DNA from: Spirochaetia bacterium
Lineage (GTDB): Bacteria; Spirochaetota; Spirochaetia; SZUA-6; Bin103
Length of the DNA: 64,000 nt
NCBI GenBank assembly: GCA_965203515.1
Contig: OZ241907.1
Location: 2,272,001-2,336,000 of the forward strand
Direction of reading: 5' to 3'
The position numbers and the translations under genes are program-made. Every line of letters starts with the position of its first letter. The stretch's first letter is position 1. The notes beneath the pieces were generated by a model that was not told where the DNA came from, made no database searches, and saw only the letters and a program-made list of their open reading frames with translations. Below, one piece after another: positions 60,878-64,000 of the stretch.

Positions 60878-63844
60878 TCACTCCTCACCTGCGATCGAGC
60901 GCGCGGCTTCCGCCCACGGCGAATCCGGGAAGTTGTCCAGGATCCGCTGCGCGAGCGCCCGCGCGGCGTCGGCACGCCCGGCTTGAGCTTCGGCCTGGGC
61001 CGACCGATAGATCGCCTCCATGCGCAGGTCGTTCTCGGCTCCGTCTACCAGCGCAGCGTCGAGGAATGCCGCGGCCGCCGCTGTCAATTCCCGGCGCCGC
61101 AGGTAATAATCGCCGAGCGACAGGTGAGCGCGGACCAGAACCGCGGCGTCCTGGGCGGTCGAGGTCACGTCCTGCAGCAGCCCGAAGGCGCGGTCGGTGG
61201 GCGCCGTCTCGTCGAGCAGGTACAGACGCGCCAGCTCCAGCATCGCCTGCCGCCCCTCGGCGGTCGTATCGCCGCCCAGTCGAGCCACCGAGGCCGACAG
61301 TTCGGCCTCCCTGACGGTCAGGCCGGACATCAGCAATCGGACCTTCGCCACGCGCTCAGTCGTGTCGAGCGCTCTCGCCTGATCCGGATGCCGCGCCACC
61401 AGCTCGTCAAGGCTCCTCAGCGCGGCGGCGTAGTCCCCCTTCGCCACGTATGCTTCCGCCCGCAGGCTCAGCGCCTCGGGATGAAAGGTGCTGTCCGGGA
61501 AGCGATCGATCAGATTCGACCACAGGAACACCGCTTCCTGTGGCTCTTCCAGGCGTTGCGCCGCCAAACCTCCCCAATAGAGAGCAGCGGGAGCCGACTC
61601 CCCGTTCGGGTTCTCCTGGCGATACCGGAAGAACGCACGCTTGGAGCGGCGGTAGCGGCCCTCCTCGAACAACGTCTCGGCGCTCCGAAAGAGCGCCTCG
61701 GCGCGCAACGAGCTCTCCGAGTAGCGGTCGACCAGCGTCTCGAACGCCGTCACGGCCCGCTCCGCGTCGCCCGCCTCGGCGGCGGTCTCCGCGTACTCGA
61801 ACAGGGCGTCGTCGGCGATGGCGTCGATCGGGTACCGCTCCCAGACTTCGCGGTAGGAGCGTTGCGCGTCCGCCACTCGGCCCAGGTTGCGCATGCTCTT
61901 CGCGTACAGATAGCGAGCTCGCGCCGCCAAGCCGGCGCCGGCGCGGTCCGCCACGTCCCCGAACCGGACGGCCGCCTCCTCGAACCGTTCGTCGCTGTAG
62001 TACGCCCAGGCGGTCAGGAACAGCGCTTCGTCGTCGCTCGCCCGGCTCTCCAGGATGGCAACGGCCTCCTCGAACTCGCCAAGTCGGTAGAGCGCCCAGC
62101 CGAGCCAGTAGTCGGCGTCCGCGGCCAGATTGGCCAGCTCGCCGCCCATCGCACGCTGTAGTCCCGGCTGGCGGAGCAGATCGATGCCGTTGCGATAGCG
62201 CTTGAGGGAGATCTCCGAAACGCCCTGCAGGTACGCGGCGACGGCGTCCGCGCCGGCATCGCTGTCGGCCAGGTCGGGGACCGCGGTGCGCAGATAACCG
62301 GCGTATTGGACCACCGCCGCGTGGTCGCCCACGTCGAATGCCAGCTTCATCCGGTCGATCTGCGCGGGGACGTCGGCGGGGAGCAGTTCGATCAGCTCGT
62401 CGAGCCGCTGCAGGGCGATTTCCGGCCGGCCGTCGCTCCGCGCGAGGTTGGCGCGCAGGCGCAGCAGGTCGGCGTGATACCGGCTGCCCGTGACGATGTC
62501 CTGCGCCTCCTCGGCCGCGCCGACGGCGTTCGCCAAGTCGCCGGCTCGATAGAACGCGTAGGCGGCCAGATAGGCCGCTTCGGCGCGGCGCGAAGATTCC
62601 GGGTACCGCCGTCCGAAGTCGTCGTACAGAGCGGCTGCTTCGGCGAACCGCTGTTCCTCCAACGCAATGCTGCCGAGCATCATCCGCGCCGCTGCCGACC
62701 GGCTTGGCGCCAGCTCGATGAGCCGCGCGAGGACCTCCTTCGCCTCCGACAGGAGATCCGCCTCCGTAGAGGGGTCGGCGTGAATCAACGCCATCGCCAA
62801 GTACAGCGCTGCCGTGCCCTCGATCTTGCCGGCGGCCAGTTCCCGCTCCCATACGCGGCGCAGGAACAGCTCGGCGAGTTGGTCCGCGCCCCGTTCATAG
62901 TTCTCGATACCCAGACGAAGCCAGAAGTCGGTCAGGATCTCGGGGGAAGAAGCGAAGCGGCTCTCCGCACTGTCGGTCCAGCTCTGCATCGCGTCCATGT
63001 CGCCGGCCCGGCGGGCCGCGGCGAACAGCCGGCGATGCGCGGGCGCCGCGATCTCCGGATTGGCCGCCACCAGTTGCCGGTAGAATCCGGTAGCCGATTC
63101 GACCCGGTCGAGCGCCCACAGCGCTTCGGCCTGGTAGAACAGGAGCTGGTCGCGATACCGAAGCGGATAGGAAGCGGTCGGCAGACCGGATGCGAAGGCG
63201 ATCAACTCCTCGTGCTGGCCGCCAGCCAAATAGCTGTGCGCAAGCAGGACCGCGGCGTAGGCGGTCGTGGCGTCGGACAGGCCCTCGCTCCGGCGGAGCA
63301 GCTCGGACAGCGGCTCCTGCGCCGCGGCCACCCGGCCGGCCCCCAACTCGGCGAGACCTTGGTACAGCAGCGCCTGCGGCCGCCGTTCCGGCGCCGCGTC
63401 GGAGCTGGCGAAGCGCTTGAGATCGAGCGCGGCAGCCTCGAATGCGCCGAGCCGGTATCGGACGATACCGGTCCAGTACGGTATCTCGTCCCGGAACGAG
63501 GCCAACCGGTAGCGGCTTTCGATCAGATCGAAGGTCTCCAGCGCCTCCTCATAGCGGCCCAGATGATACAGCGAGACCCCTCTGCCGTAGTGGACGTCGG
63601 CGATCGACTCGGAGTTCGGGTAACGGGTGAGAAAGGCATCGTAGACCTGCATGGCGAGCTCGTACTCGCCTTCGGCCATGCGCTTGCCCGCCTCCTTCAG
63701 GAGCTCGCGCTCGTCGGCCCAGAGAGCCGGGGGAGCGACCGCCGCGGCTATCGCCAGGCAGACGCCGACGCGGCACCCGGTGGTCCCGAGCAAGCTCGAC
63801 ACCGTCCGGCGAAGGTTCGCGCCCGCGGACATGCACCCGTTCAT
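60878..63844 (-). CDS. Large exported tetratricopeptide-repeat protein
   Basis: Signal-like segment then many TPRs of the type F/Y..RYP.S....A.Y; start may lie a few codons downstream. Confidence 0.85.
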   Translation of the reverse strand: MNGCMSAGANLRRTVSSLLGTTGCRVGVCLAIAAAVAPPALWADERELLKEAGKRMAEGEYELAMQVYDAFLTRYPNSESIADVHYGRGVSLYHLGRYEEALETFDLIESRYRLASFRDEIPYWTGIVRYRLGAFEAAALDLKRFASSDAAPERRPQALLYQGLAELGAGRVAAAQEPLSELLRRSEGLSDATTAYAAVLLAHSYLAGGQHEELIAFASGLPTASYPLRYRDQLLFYQAEALWALDRVESATGFYRQLVAANPEIAAPAHRRLFAAARRAGDMDAMQSWTDSAESRFASSPEILTDFWLRLGIENYERGADQLAELFLRRVWERELAAGKIEGTAALYLAMALIHADPSTEADLLSEAKEVLARLIELAPSRSAAARMMLGSIALEEQRFAEAAALYDDFGRRYPESSRRAEAAYLAAYAFYRAGDLANAVGAAEEAQDIVTGSRYHADLLRLRANLARSDGRPEIALQRLDELIELLPADVPAQIDRMKLAFDVGDHAAVVQYAGYLRTAVPDLADSDAGADAVAAYLQGVSEISLKRYRNGIDLLRQPGLQRAMGGELANLAADADYWLGWALYRLGEFEEAVAILESRASDDEALFLTAWAYYSDERFEEAAVRFGDVADRAGAGLAARARYLYAKSMRNLGRVADAQRSYREVWERYPIDAIADDALFEYAETAAEAGDAERAVTAFETLVDRYSESSLRAEALFRSAETLFEEGRYRRSKRAFFRYRQENPNGESAPAALYWGGLAAQRLEEPQEAVFLWSNLIDRFPDSTFHPEALSLRAEAYVAKGDYAAALRSLDELVARHPDQARALDTTERVAKVRLLMSGLTVREAELSASVARLGGDTTAEGRQAMLELARLYLLDETAPTDRAFGLLQDVTSTAQDAAVLVRAHLSLGDYYLRRRELTAAAAAFLDAALVDGAENDLRMEAIYRSAQAEAQAGRADAARALAQRILDNFPDSPWAEAARSIAGEE

Positions 63845-64000
63845 CCTTCCTTATTGAATGACGGTACGAAACGCCGCGTTCTTGACGTAAAACTACAAGC
63901 TCGGCGCCGGCCCCCGGTCCCCGGCGCGACCCGCCGGCGCTTCGGCCGCCCCGGCGGGAGCGCGCCCCTCCAGCGTGCGGCGGGATGAGCGGACCGCGAC

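Overview
High-GC (about 70% by eye) bacterial chromosome segment, very likely from a spirochaete (16S signature, Leptospira-type cimA, SpiroCoCo-like protein). Most of the window is housekeeping: hflX-argH-cimA, panBC-coaX-coaBC, tatABC with cytochrome c biogenesis genes, a complete 16S-tRNA(Ala)-23S-5S operon, ahcY-adk-gnd, grpE-dnaK-dnaJ and a TPR/OMP/ExbBD/TonB cluster. One accessory block (about 4.4-14.3 kb) stands out. It holds two tandem Rpn/YhgA-type nuclease genes with intragenic ribosome-binding sites, a third partial copy, and a lower-GC dynamin-like (LeoBC/LeoA, Eleos-like) cassette. The first gene of that cassette is a 1896-aa in-frame fusion of a ~99%-identical copy of the host's own dnaK (original 38 kb away) to two tandem GTPase modules. 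The captured DnaK carries clustered changes at the catalytic EPT motif, the interdomain linker and the substrate-binding arch (10-aa insertion), suggesting a repurposed chaperone or decoy domain. Also notable: a leaderless Ile-Ile leader-peptide attenuator upstream of cimA. All comparisons were made by eye; no database searches were run.
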